A stretch of 44,226 bases of DNA from Promethearchaeota archaeon (GTDB lineage Archaea; Asgardarchaeota; Lokiarchaeia; Sigyniarchaeales; SOKP01): assembly GCA_048939015.1 (NCBI GenBank), contig JBHLPW010000045.1, positions 1-44,226 on the forward strand. The letters are read 5' to 3'. Every line of letters begins with the position of its first letter. Positions within the stretch are counted from its first letter, which is position 1. Shown piece by piece: positions 20,115-30,165 of the stretch. The position numbers and the translations under genes are program-made. Below the pieces are notes generated by a model. That model worked only from the letters and a program-made list of their open reading frames with translations. It did not search any database and was not told where the DNA came from.

Positions 20115-21416
20115 TTAAGTTGGGTACATTTTATTCAAATATTCAGCAATTCTGATTGCTAATCTTTCTTGTTTCTTCCAATCTCCGAATGCTAATCCTT
20201 TTGATATAAGTGATTTAATTTCTTTCTTATATAGGTCTTTTATTCTTTTAACTGGGGATTTAGCAAAGGGAGTTTGTGGTAAAGGAATAAAGGAATGTGC
20301 ATGTACACGTGCTCCCTTATCAGCTAATTCGTTCATCATATTTATTGTAAGAATTATATCTTCTACTTCCTCTCCAGGCAGACCAAATATAAAATCAACA
20401 TTAATTTTCAATTTGTTTTTTATTGCTAAATTCACTGCATTATATATATCTTCTATGGAATGATCTCTATGACATAGATCTAAGATTTTTTGACTCCCAG
20501 ATTGTGCTCCAATAGTAATATTATCATTATCAGCATAATTTAAAATAAGATCTATTGTCTCATATCTAACATGTTCAGGGCGAACTTCTGAGGGAAATGT
20601 TCCTAAAAAAATTCTTCCATTTTTTCCAATAATTTCTCTTACTTTTATTAATAACTCTTCCAATTTTGATAGATTTAATACCTTTCCATCCAAGGAACCA
20701 TATGAAAAAGCGTTTGGAGTAATAAATCTTATATCAGCAAGATCACCATAATAATTTTTCAATACTTTCACATATTGACATATTGATTCTATAGTCCTAT
20801 GTCTAGGTTTTGTACCCAATATATAGGGAGTTTGACAAAAGTAACACACGTAAGGACAACCTCTTGTTATTTCAATTGCCCCAAATCTTCGATTTTTTAA
20901 TGGAAAAGGAGGATAATCATCTAAATTTATAGGACTTCTTCTTACGGTAGAAATATATTTACCATCTTTGTTAATAAAAGCAATTCCTTTTATACTTCCG
21001 AACGAATCATTATTTACTATTCTCTGCATGAGTTCTATAATAGTTTCTTCTCCTTCACCTGTAATGACAATATCACTACCCATTTTAAGAGTTCCAAAAG
21101 GATCTCCGGTTGGATGAGGTCCTCCAGTAATTATTAATAATTTTTTTGGAAACTTCTTTTTTATCATTTGGATTAAATTTTGAGTTTCAAATAGTTGGGT
21201 TGTATAAAATGAAATTCCTACAATTGTTTTATTATATTTTCTGACAGTTTCACTTAGAGCTTCTAAAAGTTTATCTTGTGATGGAGCAAAATAAAATTCT
21301 ATACTTTCAAATACTTTATCTGTTTCAAGTGCCCCTGCTATAGCATTTAAACTATAAAAGTTGTCTTTATGATAATAAATAATGAATGCTATTTTTTCCA
21401 ATGAAAAATTACCCAA
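20115..21416 (-). CDS. B12-binding domain radical SAM protein (TIGR04013-like)
   Basis: GGPHPTGDP, GEGEET, EITRGCPYVCYFCQTP, GTFPSEVRPE. Confidence 0.9.
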   Translation of the reverse strand: MGNFSLEKIAFIIYYHKDNFYSLNAIAGALETDKVFESIEFYFAPSQDKLLEALSETVRKYNKTIVGISFYTTQLFETQNLIQMIKKKFPKKLLIITGGPHPTGDPFGTLKMGSDIVITGEGEETIIELMQRIVNNDSFGSIKGIAFINKDGKYISTVRRSPINLDDYPPFPLKNRRFGAIEITRGCPYVCYFCQTPYILGTKPRHRTIESICQYVKVLKNYYGDLADIRFITPNAFSYGSLDGKVLNLSKLEELLIKVREIIGKNGRIFLGTFPSEVRPEHVRYETIDLILNYADNDNITIGAQSGSQKILDLCHRDHSIEDIYNAVNLAIKNKLKINVDFIFGLPGEEVEDIILTINMMNELADKGARVHAHSFIPLPQTPFAKSPVKRIKDLYKKEIKSLISKGLAFGDWKKQERLAIRIAEYLNKMYPT

Positions 21417-21598
21417 AAAAATGTATATTTTGGTAATTAAATCTTTTATATTACATTAATTTTTAAATTAAATTTATGATTCGTTATTTTATAATAATAT
21501 ACTCATGAATTATGGACTCCCATGATTATTTATTTTATTTTTTTTATTATTAATTTATGAAATTTAAAAAAAATTAAAAGTGTAAAAAGGAGTGCTCA

Positions 21599-22063
21599 AT
21601 GTTATTTAATCAATTTTTTGCAACAACTGTAGATGAAGTAGGAATTTCTTGGTTTGACTTTTATTCCATTGGTCATATTTGTTTTGGAATTGGCATTTTC
21701 TTATTTTTTTCGTTATTTTATACAATTCCAAAAAAGAAGGGAAAGATTCCAATATTCTCATTACTTTTCGTCTTTATACTTACAGTTATAATAGCAATAG
21801 TATGGGAAATCCTCGAAAATGTGTGGTTTCTAGAAATGGGTTGGAAGTTTGAAGGACGATTGGATAGTTGGCCTAATATGATTACAGATGTTCTTTTAGG
21901 TGCTGTTGGTGGTCTTGGAGCTTGGCTCTTCGCATACCTAATATTTGAGAAAGAAAAGAGCGTTTTTGGATATTATGCATTTGGAATAATTGGATTTGGA
22001 GTTTGGATAAGTATTTTTATAATACTTCGATATTTAACTCTGCAAAACTCCCCTATATTTTAA
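21599..22063 (+). CDS. Four-TM membrane protein (DxxxxxH...WE..E...N...D; DUF2238/DUF2585-like)
   Basis: DFYSIGH, VWEILEN, DSWPNMITD; SD AGGAG. Confidence 0.65.
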   Translation: MLFNQFFATTVDEVGISWFDFYSIGHICFGIGIFLFFSLFYTIPKKKGKIPIFSLLFVFILTVIIAIVWEILENVWFLEMGWKFEGRLDSWPNMITDVLLGAVGGLGAWLFAYLIFEKEKSVFGYYAFGIIGFGVWISIFIILRYLTLQNSPIF

Positions 22064-22100
22064 TTTTTTTTTTATTTTTATTGTCTACGTACTTTGAACT

Positions 22101-22865
22101 ATGGTTGATCTTAGAAATTATCTTGAATGTAAGGCAGGTAATATTCCTTTAATTATATCTGTTCCACATGGAGGATTGTTTGATTGTACTAGTATTCCAC
22201 GAAGACAAATTGGGATTCTAGGTATTGATAAAGGAACGATAGAATTTTCTAAAAATCTTATAAACCATATTAATCAGAAATTTAAAAATGAATTATCAAA
22301 AGATAAAGTTCCTTCTTATATTTACTCTAAGGTTCCGCGTAATAAATTAGACTTGAACCGTAATAAGGCTTTAGCATATAATCAAAATTCCTTCCTTGCC
22401 AGAGAAATATATAATTATTATCATTATAAAATTAAGGAATGGATATTAGGTAATGTAAAGACGTTCAATCGATCATTATTGATCGATATTCATGGTTTTG
22501 AAAGTGACAAACGGCCCTCTGGATTTCGAGATGTTGATGTAATTTTAGGCACAAATAATTTAGCATCTTTATTTTATGAACCAGTTCCTAAGAGGAATTG
22601 GGGAAAAAACATCCGTGGAAAAATCATTCAAAAATTTCTTGATATTAATATTCCTATAGCTCCAGGACATCCGAGAAGAAGAGAGTACGTTTTAACAGGA
22701 GGGTACATAACACGAACATATGGTGCGGTAAATATCCCAAAAAGTCAAACAATCCAAATTGAACTTTCTGATAGAATCAGAATGTATGACGAAGAATTAA
22801 AAGATGAGGTTATTATATTACTAACTGATATTTTTTTTGAAGAATTAAAGTATTTCCTAGATTAA
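22101..22865 (+). CDS. N-formylglutamate amidohydrolase family protein
   Basis: LIISVPHGG, LDLNR, LLIDIHG, TGGYITRTYG, IQIEL. Confidence 0.85.
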   Translation: MVDLRNYLECKAGNIPLIISVPHGGLFDCTSIPRRQIGILGIDKGTIEFSKNLINHINQKFKNELSKDKVPSYIYSKVPRNKLDLNRNKALAYNQNSFLAREIYNYYHYKIKEWILGNVKTFNRSLLIDIHGFESDKRPSGFRDVDVILGTNNLASLFYEPVPKRNWGKNIRGKIIQKFLDINIPIAPGHPRRREYVLTGGYITRTYGAVNIPKSQTIQIELSDRIRMYDEELKDEVIILLTDIFFEELKYFLD

Positions 22866-23485
22866 ACTTTGTCTTTTGAGGAGATGATTAGCTTAACTAT
22901 TCGATTTATAAACTTGCTTTTTTGAATTTTACAAATATGAGCAACTTTGTTATAATTGAAAGATTCTGCTAATGTATCAAGATAAGATATATTATATAAA
23001 ATAGAAATATTATTATCATTTCTCATGAACAATGTATCAATCGCATTTTGAAGCTTGTGTTCACTCATTTTTGATTTCTTTAATACTCGTCTTTTTATCT
23101 CCCTGATAGATTCTCCAAAATTAAGATCTCGAATACTTGAAATAAGAGAATTTAAAACGAGAGAATATATTATGACCATATTAATGTTTTCAGCTTCTTT
23201 CAGTGTTTCAAATTTAAGTTGAAGGTCCTGATATATTTCTCTTATATAATTTTCGTCCATCCCTTTTATTTTTTTAAAAAGACTAAGAAATTCAAGATAT
23301 TTACCTTCAATGAATAATTTCAAATTCTGATTAAATAAATCTTTAAACTTCCTAATTATTTGTCCCGAATTGCTTATCTTTAATGAAACTTCAGGTGTTC
23401 TACCAATAATTAAGTCTTGACCTCCAGCATAAAACTGTTGATTTATTAAATTATCGGTTGCATTATATAATTGCTTTAAACGCAC
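22862..23485 (-). CDS. Hypothetical protein
   Basis: 207 aa ORF; SD-like AGGTG upstream; no motif recognised. Confidence 0.7.
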   Translation of the reverse strand: MRLKQLYNATDNLINQQFYAGGQDLIIGRTPEVSLKISNSGQIIRKFKDLFNQNLKLFIEGKYLEFLSLFKKIKGMDENYIREIYQDLQLKFETLKEAENINMVIIYSLVLNSLISSIRDLNFGESIREIKRRVLKKSKMSEHKLQNAIDTLFMRNDNNISILYNISYLDTLAESFNYNKVAHICKIQKSKFINRIVKLIISSKDKV

Positions 23486-23797
23486 GCTTATTATAAAACA
23501 CCTATTACCAAAATTTGTCGATATTTATCCTAACCAAACTATAAAAACACCATGTTTTAATTTTTTGCTTTTACACTTAAATTTTCTTACGTATGGTTTT
23601 AAGAGAAAATATTATGAGTATATCATACTTTTTGATTTTAAATTCAACCAACTAATATATTCAATCGCTTTTTATTCAGTTTATCAAAAAAAAGAAATAA
23701 AACCTTTTTATATCATTATAACCTTTTAATATTGTTATTTTATGTAATATATTTTTAAATAATTCTTAAAAATAAGTGTTAAAATTACAAAAGAAGG

Positions 23798-24244
23798 TTG
23801 AAAATTAAAATGGTTGACGAAGATTTATTAAAGAAAATTAAATCAGCTCAAGATGCTGGAGCGTCCGCAGCATCAGTAGAGGAATTAAAACTGATGTATG
23901 AATTTGTTAAGCAGATCTCGACTGAAAACGAGGATCTGAAAGAAGAACTCGAAGATATGGACATAGCCATAAGTCAGATATTAACAGATGTTGATAAGAA
24001 GTACTGGCTAACAGTTAAAGAAGGAGACTTGGAATATGGAGAGGGGGATGTTGATAATCCTTCATTCACGATGTCTTCCACACTCGAAGTAGGAGCTGGT
24101 ATTCTTATGGGAGAAGTAGATGCAACTTCTGCATATATGGCAGGAGATATTACAGTTGAAGGAAATCTTCAAGATGCTATGGCATTTCAGGAAATTATCG
24201 AGCTAGCATTAGAAGCATATGAAGATTTAGCCGAAGATTTATAA
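23798..24244 (+). CDS. SCP2 sterol/lipid-binding domain protein, acidic (start likely ATG 23810)
   Basis: GEVDATSAYMAGDITVEGNLQDAMAF. Confidence 0.88.
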   Translation: MKIKMVDEDLLKKIKSAQDAGASAASVEELKLMYEFVKQISTENEDLKEELEDMDIAISQILTDVDKKYWLTVKEGDLEYGEGDVDNPSFTMSSTLEVGAGILMGEVDATSAYMAGDITVEGNLQDAMAFQEIIELALEAYEDLAEDL

Positions 24245-24391
24245 GTAACTTAAGTTAACCTCTCTATTCAACGTATTACATTTATACATTTCTTTTTTTT
24301 TATTATCTTTGTTATTATTTTAGTTAATGATTGTTTTTCTTAATTATAGAAGTAGATTTAATGATCTAATTAAGGAAATTTTAAAATAAAA

Positions 24392-24469
24392 TGGCGCGGC
24401 TAGCGGGATTTGAACCCGCGTCGCAGGAGTGACAGTCCCGAATGCTAGACCGGGCTACACTATAGCCGC
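24392..24469 (-). tRNA. tRNA-Asp (GTC), CCA encoded
   Basis: Reverse complement GCGGCTA...CGGGA-CT-GTC-AC-TCCTG...GGTTCAAATCC...TAGCCGC-G-CCA folds as a cloverleaf. Confidence 0.96.
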
Positions 24470-24675
24470 AATTTCAAAAGAGAAGTAATATATTTTTTAT
24501 TATAATAAATTTATATTCTCAGAATAGTAAATAAAGGAAAATATAAAAATTTTATTCCTTTCAGCTTTTAAACACCTAATAGAAACATTTAAATGCTTTA
24601 AAGATGATGTAGATAATAAGGAATATTTAGGTATAACAATATTATATATTTGAATTAGTATCAAGATTAGACAGT

Positions 24676-25113
24676 ATGCTCAATTCAAAAAGCTACAGTT
24701 CTGTTATTCATTCTTTGGAAAATCATGATGGGGAATTTATTGCAATTCTAGAAAAAATCATAAAATTTGCTGTTAACAAGTTCAATAGTACTGAAGAATT
24801 ACGAGATGAGATTTTAGATTTTGATGATATATATCAAATCATAGTAACTGATGTAAATTTTAACTTTTGGCTAAAAGTTTCTAATGGTTCAATACTATAT
24901 AGAAAAGGGATTAATAGAAGTGAATCAGTTAAAATTATATACACTAAAGATATATTTGTTAGAAGTCTAAAGTGTGAGATGTCTGGAATTGATGCTTTTA
25001 TGAAAGGAATAATAAAAGTTGATGGAGATCTTTCTCAAGGATTAAGATTTACAAAATTATTTCGATTATTTATGAAATATCTAAATAATGGTTTTCAAAA
25101 AGAAGATCTTTAA
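24676..25113 (+). CDS. SCP2 domain protein, second paralog
   Basis: MSGIDAFMKGIIKVDGDLSQGLRF. Confidence 0.82.
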   Translation: MLNSKSYSSVIHSLENHDGEFIAILEKIIKFAVNKFNSTEELRDEILDFDDIYQIIVTDVNFNFWLKVSNGSILYRKGINRSESVKIIYTKDIFVRSLKCEMSGIDAFMKGIIKVDGDLSQGLRFTKLFRLFMKYLNNGFQKEDL

Positions 25114-25238
25114 ATTTTTTCTGCTTTTCTTTTATTTTTAGATAATTTTAATTTGTCCTAAATTATAATTCAATAAGATTTTTTATAAATAATGAATGAA
25201 AGTATTATAACTTACTTTAGTTATTTTATTTTTGATAG

Positions 25239-25313
25239 GGGCCTGTAATCTAGTCTGGATAGGGTGCCCGGCTTCGGACTGGGATGTCGCAGGTTCGAAT
25301 CCTGCCAGGCCCA
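25239..25313 (+). tRNA. tRNA-Arg (TCG)
   Basis: Acceptor stem GGGCCTG/CAGGCCC; anticodon arm CCCGG-CT-TCG-GA-CTGGG; A20 in the D loop; GCAGGTTCGAATCCTGC T arm. Confidence 0.92.
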
Positions 25314-25320
25314 TTTCTTA

Positions 25321-27231
25321 CTATTTAAATAATCTTACTGTAAATAGAGCGCCCTTATGCCGTCCTTCTGATTCGACGAGGATCTGACCACCATGTAAAT
25401 CAATAATTTCTTTTGAGATATATAATCCCAGACCAGATCCTTCAATATCAACCCCTAAATCCATTCCATAGTGTTCAATTTTACCAAATTTCTCAAATAA
25501 CAGCCCTTTTTCTTCTTTAGTTATACCTATTCCCATATCCTTTATTTTAATATCAACTTGATTTTGATTTTCAAGAAGATCTACATAAATCGAACCATTT
25601 TTGGGAGTATTTTTTATCGCATTTGATAAAATATTAGTAATCACTTGTTGAAGTCTAATTTTATCAACATTCAAACAGGTTTCTTCAGGCAATTCTAAGT
25701 GTATCGTTTGATTACGATTATTAGCGAAATAATTCATGTCCTCAACACATTCTCTCACTATTTTGATAATATTTTCATTGCTTAATCTCAAATCCAATTT
25801 TCCAGTTTCTATTCTGGAAGCATCAATTAGATTTTCTACTAGTTTTTTTAATCTTAAAGCCCCCCTATGAAAAATTTCTATGAAACTTAATACATCATCA
25901 TCAATTTTCTCAATAAGATGTTTTAGAAGTATCTGAGATGCCCCATACATTGAAGTTAAAGGTGTTTTTAACTCATGAGAGACTCGTGTTATTATGTCTT
26001 TTCTCATCTTATTGAGTTCTAGTAGTTTTTTATTTTCTTCAAGAATAAGCCTTTGTGCTTCAATTTTTTCAGAAATATCTAATGTTGCCACTAAATCTGC
26101 CAGCATTCCTTCAAAAGTTATTGTTTTAGAAATTATTTCCAACCAAATTGCTTTTCCTGTTTTTTTAATAACCCTGAATTGAAGATTTGCTAAAACTCCA
26201 TCGGTACCATAATATTTTTCTTCTGCCAAGATTTGGACCATTTCTCTATCTTCTGGATGGATAATCTGAAAGAATTCTCTTGGTTTCCATCTTAGAATCT
26301 CATCAGATGAAAAGCCTAAAGTATCTGAGAATTGTTTATTAACATATTTAAAGGTAAAATCCTGTAAAATAGCAATTCCAATGAATGATTGTTCTGTAAT
26401 CGTTCTGAATTTTTCTTCAGATTCTATTAAATTTTGTTCAGAAAGTTTTCGATCGGTTACATTTTCAACTATAACTTGAACAGAATTCACATCTCTTAAC
26501 TTTATCGGAGATACATGCAAGAGAGTCCAAATTAAACTTCCATCCTTCTTTATCAATTGAATTTCCTTTGGAACAGGAGTTTCTCCATTGTATAATTTCT
26601 TAAAGCCATACATAATCAAGGGAAGGTATTCTTGAGGAACAATATTTAGTTCAAGGAAATTTTTTCCTTTCATTTCCTCCTTTTCATATCCAAAAATTTC
26701 TTTAACATAGGAATTGCATTCTAAAAAAGTACCATTTAAGTCCATTAGGGCTATTGCAAAAGGAGAATGTTCGAACAGACAGCGAAATTTTTCTTCTGAT
26801 TCCTTTAATTTTAATTCAGAATTCTTCCTTGAGGTAATATCGTCAAATACAGTAATGAATTCCCCTTTTCTAGGGGAAATTACTGAAATTTTGAAATGAG
26901 ATTCTATTGGCGGAAAATATGTTTCAAAAGTAACTGATTCCTGTGTTTCTGCTACTTTTGAATATATTTCTATATATGGCGCTTTATCGAGATTATATAC
27001 TTTTGTTGCAGTTTGATTTATTACATTTTCTTTTTTAATATTCAGAATTTTTTCGTATTGGGGATTTACATCTGTGATAATGTAATTTACTGGATTTCCT
27101 AAAATGTCATAGACAACTTTATGGTAAGCAATTCCACTAGTTGAATTATTAAATAAAACTTGAAAGGTCGTTTCAAGATAATTCTTTTTGGTTTTTTGTT
27201 CTAATTCTTGCATTAAAAATACCTTAACCAT
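25321..27231 (-). CDS. Cytoplasmic multi-PAS class I histidine kinase (3 PAS, HisKA, HATPase)
   Basis: ESEEKFR linkers, IIHPEDRE, SHELKTPL, NILSNAIK, EGSGLGL; kinase core closely similar to 12299-13627. Confidence 0.95.
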   Translation of the reverse strand: MVKVFLMQELEQKTKKNYLETTFQVLFNNSTSGIAYHKVVYDILGNPVNYIITDVNPQYEKILNIKKENVINQTATKVYNLDKAPYIEIYSKVAETQESVTFETYFPPIESHFKISVISPRKGEFITVFDDITSRKNSELKLKESEEKFRCLFEHSPFAIALMDLNGTFLECNSYVKEIFGYEKEEMKGKNFLELNIVPQEYLPLIMYGFKKLYNGETPVPKEIQLIKKDGSLIWTLLHVSPIKLRDVNSVQVIVENVTDRKLSEQNLIESEEKFRTITEQSFIGIAILQDFTFKYVNKQFSDTLGFSSDEILRWKPREFFQIIHPEDREMVQILAEEKYYGTDGVLANLQFRVIKKTGKAIWLEIISKTITFEGMLADLVATLDISEKIEAQRLILEENKKLLELNKMRKDIITRVSHELKTPLTSMYGASQILLKHLIEKIDDDVLSFIEIFHRGALRLKKLVENLIDASRIETGKLDLRLSNENIIKIVRECVEDMNYFANNRNQTIHLELPEETCLNVDKIRLQQVITNILSNAIKNTPKNGSIYVDLLENQNQVDIKIKDMGIGITKEEKGLLFEKFGKIEHYGMDLGVDIEGSGLGLYISKEIIDLHGGQILVESEGRHKGALFTVRLFK

Positions 27232-27710
27232 TATCCCGAATATCTTAGAAAAGTTACAATTATATTTTCCTACTCGCCAATAATTTTAGAGAATCTAATT
27301 TAACTCAAAAATACTATATGATCGGTTAAATAATTTAAATTTCTGTTGTACCGAGAATTAAAATCGTTAATATATTTTATAATAATTAAAAAAAAAATAT
27401 CAATTTTATATAATCTTACATAACTTTACAAAATTTTGATATTTAAATCTATTTCTTTTTTGATTTTTCTATTAAGCCGTAAGGTTGATTTCATAAATAT
27501 TTCTTGAAAAATCCCACTTTTTAAAGCATTAATTTGATGTATTTTTTTGTACATAATATCTCAAAAAATGGTGTAAAAATAAATGTTTATATACAAAAAT
27601 TTTTATTAATTATAAAAAAGTTCTATTAAAGTTATTTTATGAATATTGGCTGAAAGGGATTTAACTTTTATAGATTACTTTAGAAAAAACGTTTTGGAAG
27701 TGATTAATAA

Positions 27711-28025
27711 ATGCCTAGTTTAGAAATAAATGAATTAACAGTTTTAATAATTTTAGCTATTCCAGTAGCTTTTTCTCCATACCTTTTAAAGAAGAGGAGG
27801 GACATCATGAAGTGGTTTCCGGGGTATTATTGCATTTTTATAACTTTTCTATCTACAAACTTAGAAGCAGCAATTTTACCCGATACTTTCAACTTCATGG
27901 AGCACTTTTTTGCTATGATGGCAGGGATTTTATTCTGTGTTGCAGCATTTTATGAATACTACAGTAAGGTTATAAAAGGGAAAGAAATCAAACTTAATAT
28001 CAAAAAAAAGTCGGTGAGTAATTAA
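27711..28025 (+). CDS. Small 3-TM membrane protein, putative partner of MCP3
   Basis: Three hydrophobic segments; its TAA directly abuts the MCP3 ATG in the same frame. Confidence 0.75.
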   Translation: MPSLEINELTVLIILAIPVAFSPYLLKKRRDIMKWFPGYYCIFITFLSTNLEAAILPDTFNFMEHFFAMMAGILFCVAAFYEYYSKVIKGKEIKLNIKKKSVSN

Positions 28026-28856
28026 ATGCTATTACAAATAGATCCAGCTGATCTCCTTGATGGAGGCTTTAATTTTGTTGGTATGATTTTCTTTTTTTTA
28101 GCAATAATAGTAACTGTTTTTATATACTTTAAAAAAAGAACACCAACTAATGCAATTTATGTATTTTCTGTCATTGGAGGTTTTCTATATACTATGGGAA
28201 ATCTTCTTGACAAGTGGCAACTTTGGAATCCAGATTATGCAGATGCTTTTGGAGAAAGTTTTGCATTGTTTATGGGAACGGTAGCATTATTTTTTGCCGT
28301 AATTCCTTTCTTAGAACAAAAGTTTGAAAAATCAGCTAATAACATGAAAGGAATTATAGAAGCTGCTTCAAATGCGAGTATTAATGTCGCAAATATTGCA
28401 AATGAATTGGCTGCAAGTGCGAGTGAAGTTAATGCTGCTTCAGAGGAAATTGCCTCTTCAACACAAGAAATGACTAATAATACTGAGGACGTTATTCGTT
28501 CCACTAATGAGATTAATAATGTAATGAGTATCATTACTAACATTTCTGATCAAACTAACTTACTAGCTTTGAACGCCAGTATTGAAGCAGGAAGAGCTGG
28601 TGAGCAAGGAAGAGGCTTTGCTGTAGTTGCAGATGAAGTTAGAAAATTAGCAGAAGAATCAAAAGATGCTGTAAGAAACACAAATGATAAAATTAAAGAT
28701 GTAATTAATAAGATTAATTCCTCATTTAGTGCAATGGAAGGAATAAGTGCTTCTGCAGAACAGCAGACCGCATCAATGGAAGAAGTTACATCTACTGCCC
28801 ATAAGCTAGGGACCTTAGCAGAAGACTTAAAGAGTTCTTTAATATTGGATGAATAA
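28026..28856 (+). CDS. Short methyl-accepting chemotaxis-like receptor MCP3 (3 TM, shortened signalling domain)
   Basis: [40 protein letters not shown]; T-tract downstream near 28890. Confidence 0.93.
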   Translation: MLLQIDPADLLDGGFNFVGMIFFFLAIIVTVFIYFKKRTPTNAIYVFSVIGGFLYTMGNLLDKWQLWNPDYADAFGESFALFMGTVALFFAVIPFLEQKFEKSANNMKGIIEAASNASINVANIANELAASASEVNAASEEIASSTQEMTNNTEDVIRSTNEINNVMSIITNISDQTNLLALNASIEAGRAGEQGRGFAVVADEVRKLAEESKDAVRNTNDKIKDVINKINSSFSAMEGISASAEQQTASMEEVTSTAHKLGTLAEDLKSSLILDE

Positions 28857-29023
28857 TTCAATTATTAGGAGTTAATATTTTTAACCTAATTTTTTTTTTC
28901 TTCTTTTTAATAACAATTTTATTCATTTTTCAAATAGTATTAAATTTTAGGTAAAAAAAAAAATATAAATATGTAAAACCTAATAAATATCTATAAAAAG
29001 TACTAATTATAATCTAATTAAAG

Positions 29024-29917
29024 GTGGGCAATATCCCTAATGATTTAAAAAAAACTAAAGAAATGGAAGACTTTGAGATAAAAACCGGGAAGAGGGCTAT
29101 TTGGCGTGGAAGTGTTACAGAAAGCTTTAAAAAATGGCAGAAAGGTAAAAATGATTTCGATGTAGATAAGGAAAGAATTTCATTATATGTATCGAAAGAT
29201 ATTAAAGAAGAGTGGCTGAATTTTGCTAACAGTAATGATTATTCTACTTTATCAAAATTAATTAGAGAAGCTTTGAAATTCTTTATTGAATATAAGTCTA
29301 AAATTACAATTAAAGATAAAAAAGTTGATATAGATCTTCTTTCTATTTTATCACATGATTTAAAGGAACCTTTAACTTCTATTAAAGGGTATTTACAGCT
29401 TATTATTGAATCCTATGGAAAAAATATAGAAGATAAGTTATTATCAATAATAAAAAATGTTTTAAGTCAATGTTCAGTCCTAGAAAACAAAATAGTTAAC
29501 TATTTAGATACATTTGAAACAAATAGAGAAGTTGAAATCGAGGAGATGGTTAAATATGATTTATTATTAATTGAGGATGATATCGAAACGGTCAATCTTC
29601 TATCCAGTTATTTCGAATCATTAGGAATCTCATGTAAAGGCGTTTCAAGTGGTTTTAAAGGGCTAAAGGAACTGAAAAAAAGACAACCCAAACTTATTTT
29701 ACTTGATATTATTTTACCAGATATTAATGGTTATGAGTTTTTGAAGAGAGTTAAAACGGATAGTAAGTTAAAGAAGATCCCGGTATTTTTCTTAACAGCA
29801 ATTCCTCGAGTAGAGATAGAAGAAAAAATTCAAGATTTAGGTGCCACCGGTGCAATTTTAAAACCATTTAATTTATCTGATTTTGAAGTTATTCAGAAAT
29901 ATCTAACTGATACATAA
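29024..29917 (+). CDS. Response regulator RR2, same architecture as RR1
   Basis: KTGKRAIWRGSVTESFKKW; RISLYVS...TLSKLIREAL; SHDLKEPL; LIEDD, LLDIILP, FLTA, LKPF. Confidence 0.85.
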   Translation: MGNIPNDLKKTKEMEDFEIKTGKRAIWRGSVTESFKKWQKGKNDFDVDKERISLYVSKDIKEEWLNFANSNDYSTLSKLIREALKFFIEYKSKITIKDKKVDIDLLSILSHDLKEPLTSIKGYLQLIIESYGKNIEDKLLSIIKNVLSQCSVLENKIVNYLDTFETNREVEIEEMVKYDLLLIEDDIETVNLLSSYFESLGISCKGVSSGFKGLKELKKRQPKLILLDIILPDINGYEFLKRVKTDSKLKKIPVFFLTAIPRVEIEEKIQDLGATGAILKPFNLSDFEVIQKYLTDT

Positions 29918-30165
29918 GAGAGTATTTATCTTTTATATTATATAGGCTGTAATTTCTTATTTCTTAAAAAGAATAAAAAATCAATTAAAAAATCGAAAAA
30001 ATATATAATCTTATAGATTTCCACTAAACTAAAAAATTTAAGTACTAATAATTTTATTTGTTATCAAAAAGAATGCTATTTGATCAAAAAATAAATTTAA
30101 ATAGTAGAATTATAATATTTTTATTAACACAAAACTAACATTTTGTACAAAAATTTTACCGATCT

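Noticed and set aside
25239-25313. tRNA-Pro (CGG) reading
   Set aside because: The 5 bp stem CCCGG/CTGGG centres TCG in the 7 nt loop, and A20 supports Arg.
24392-25320. tRNA-anchored integrated element
   Set aside because: No integrase, and I saw no duplicated tRNA 3' end in the window.
27711-28025. Sensory rhodopsin-transducer pair
   Set aside because: Only about 3 TMs and no retinal-binding DxxxK motif.
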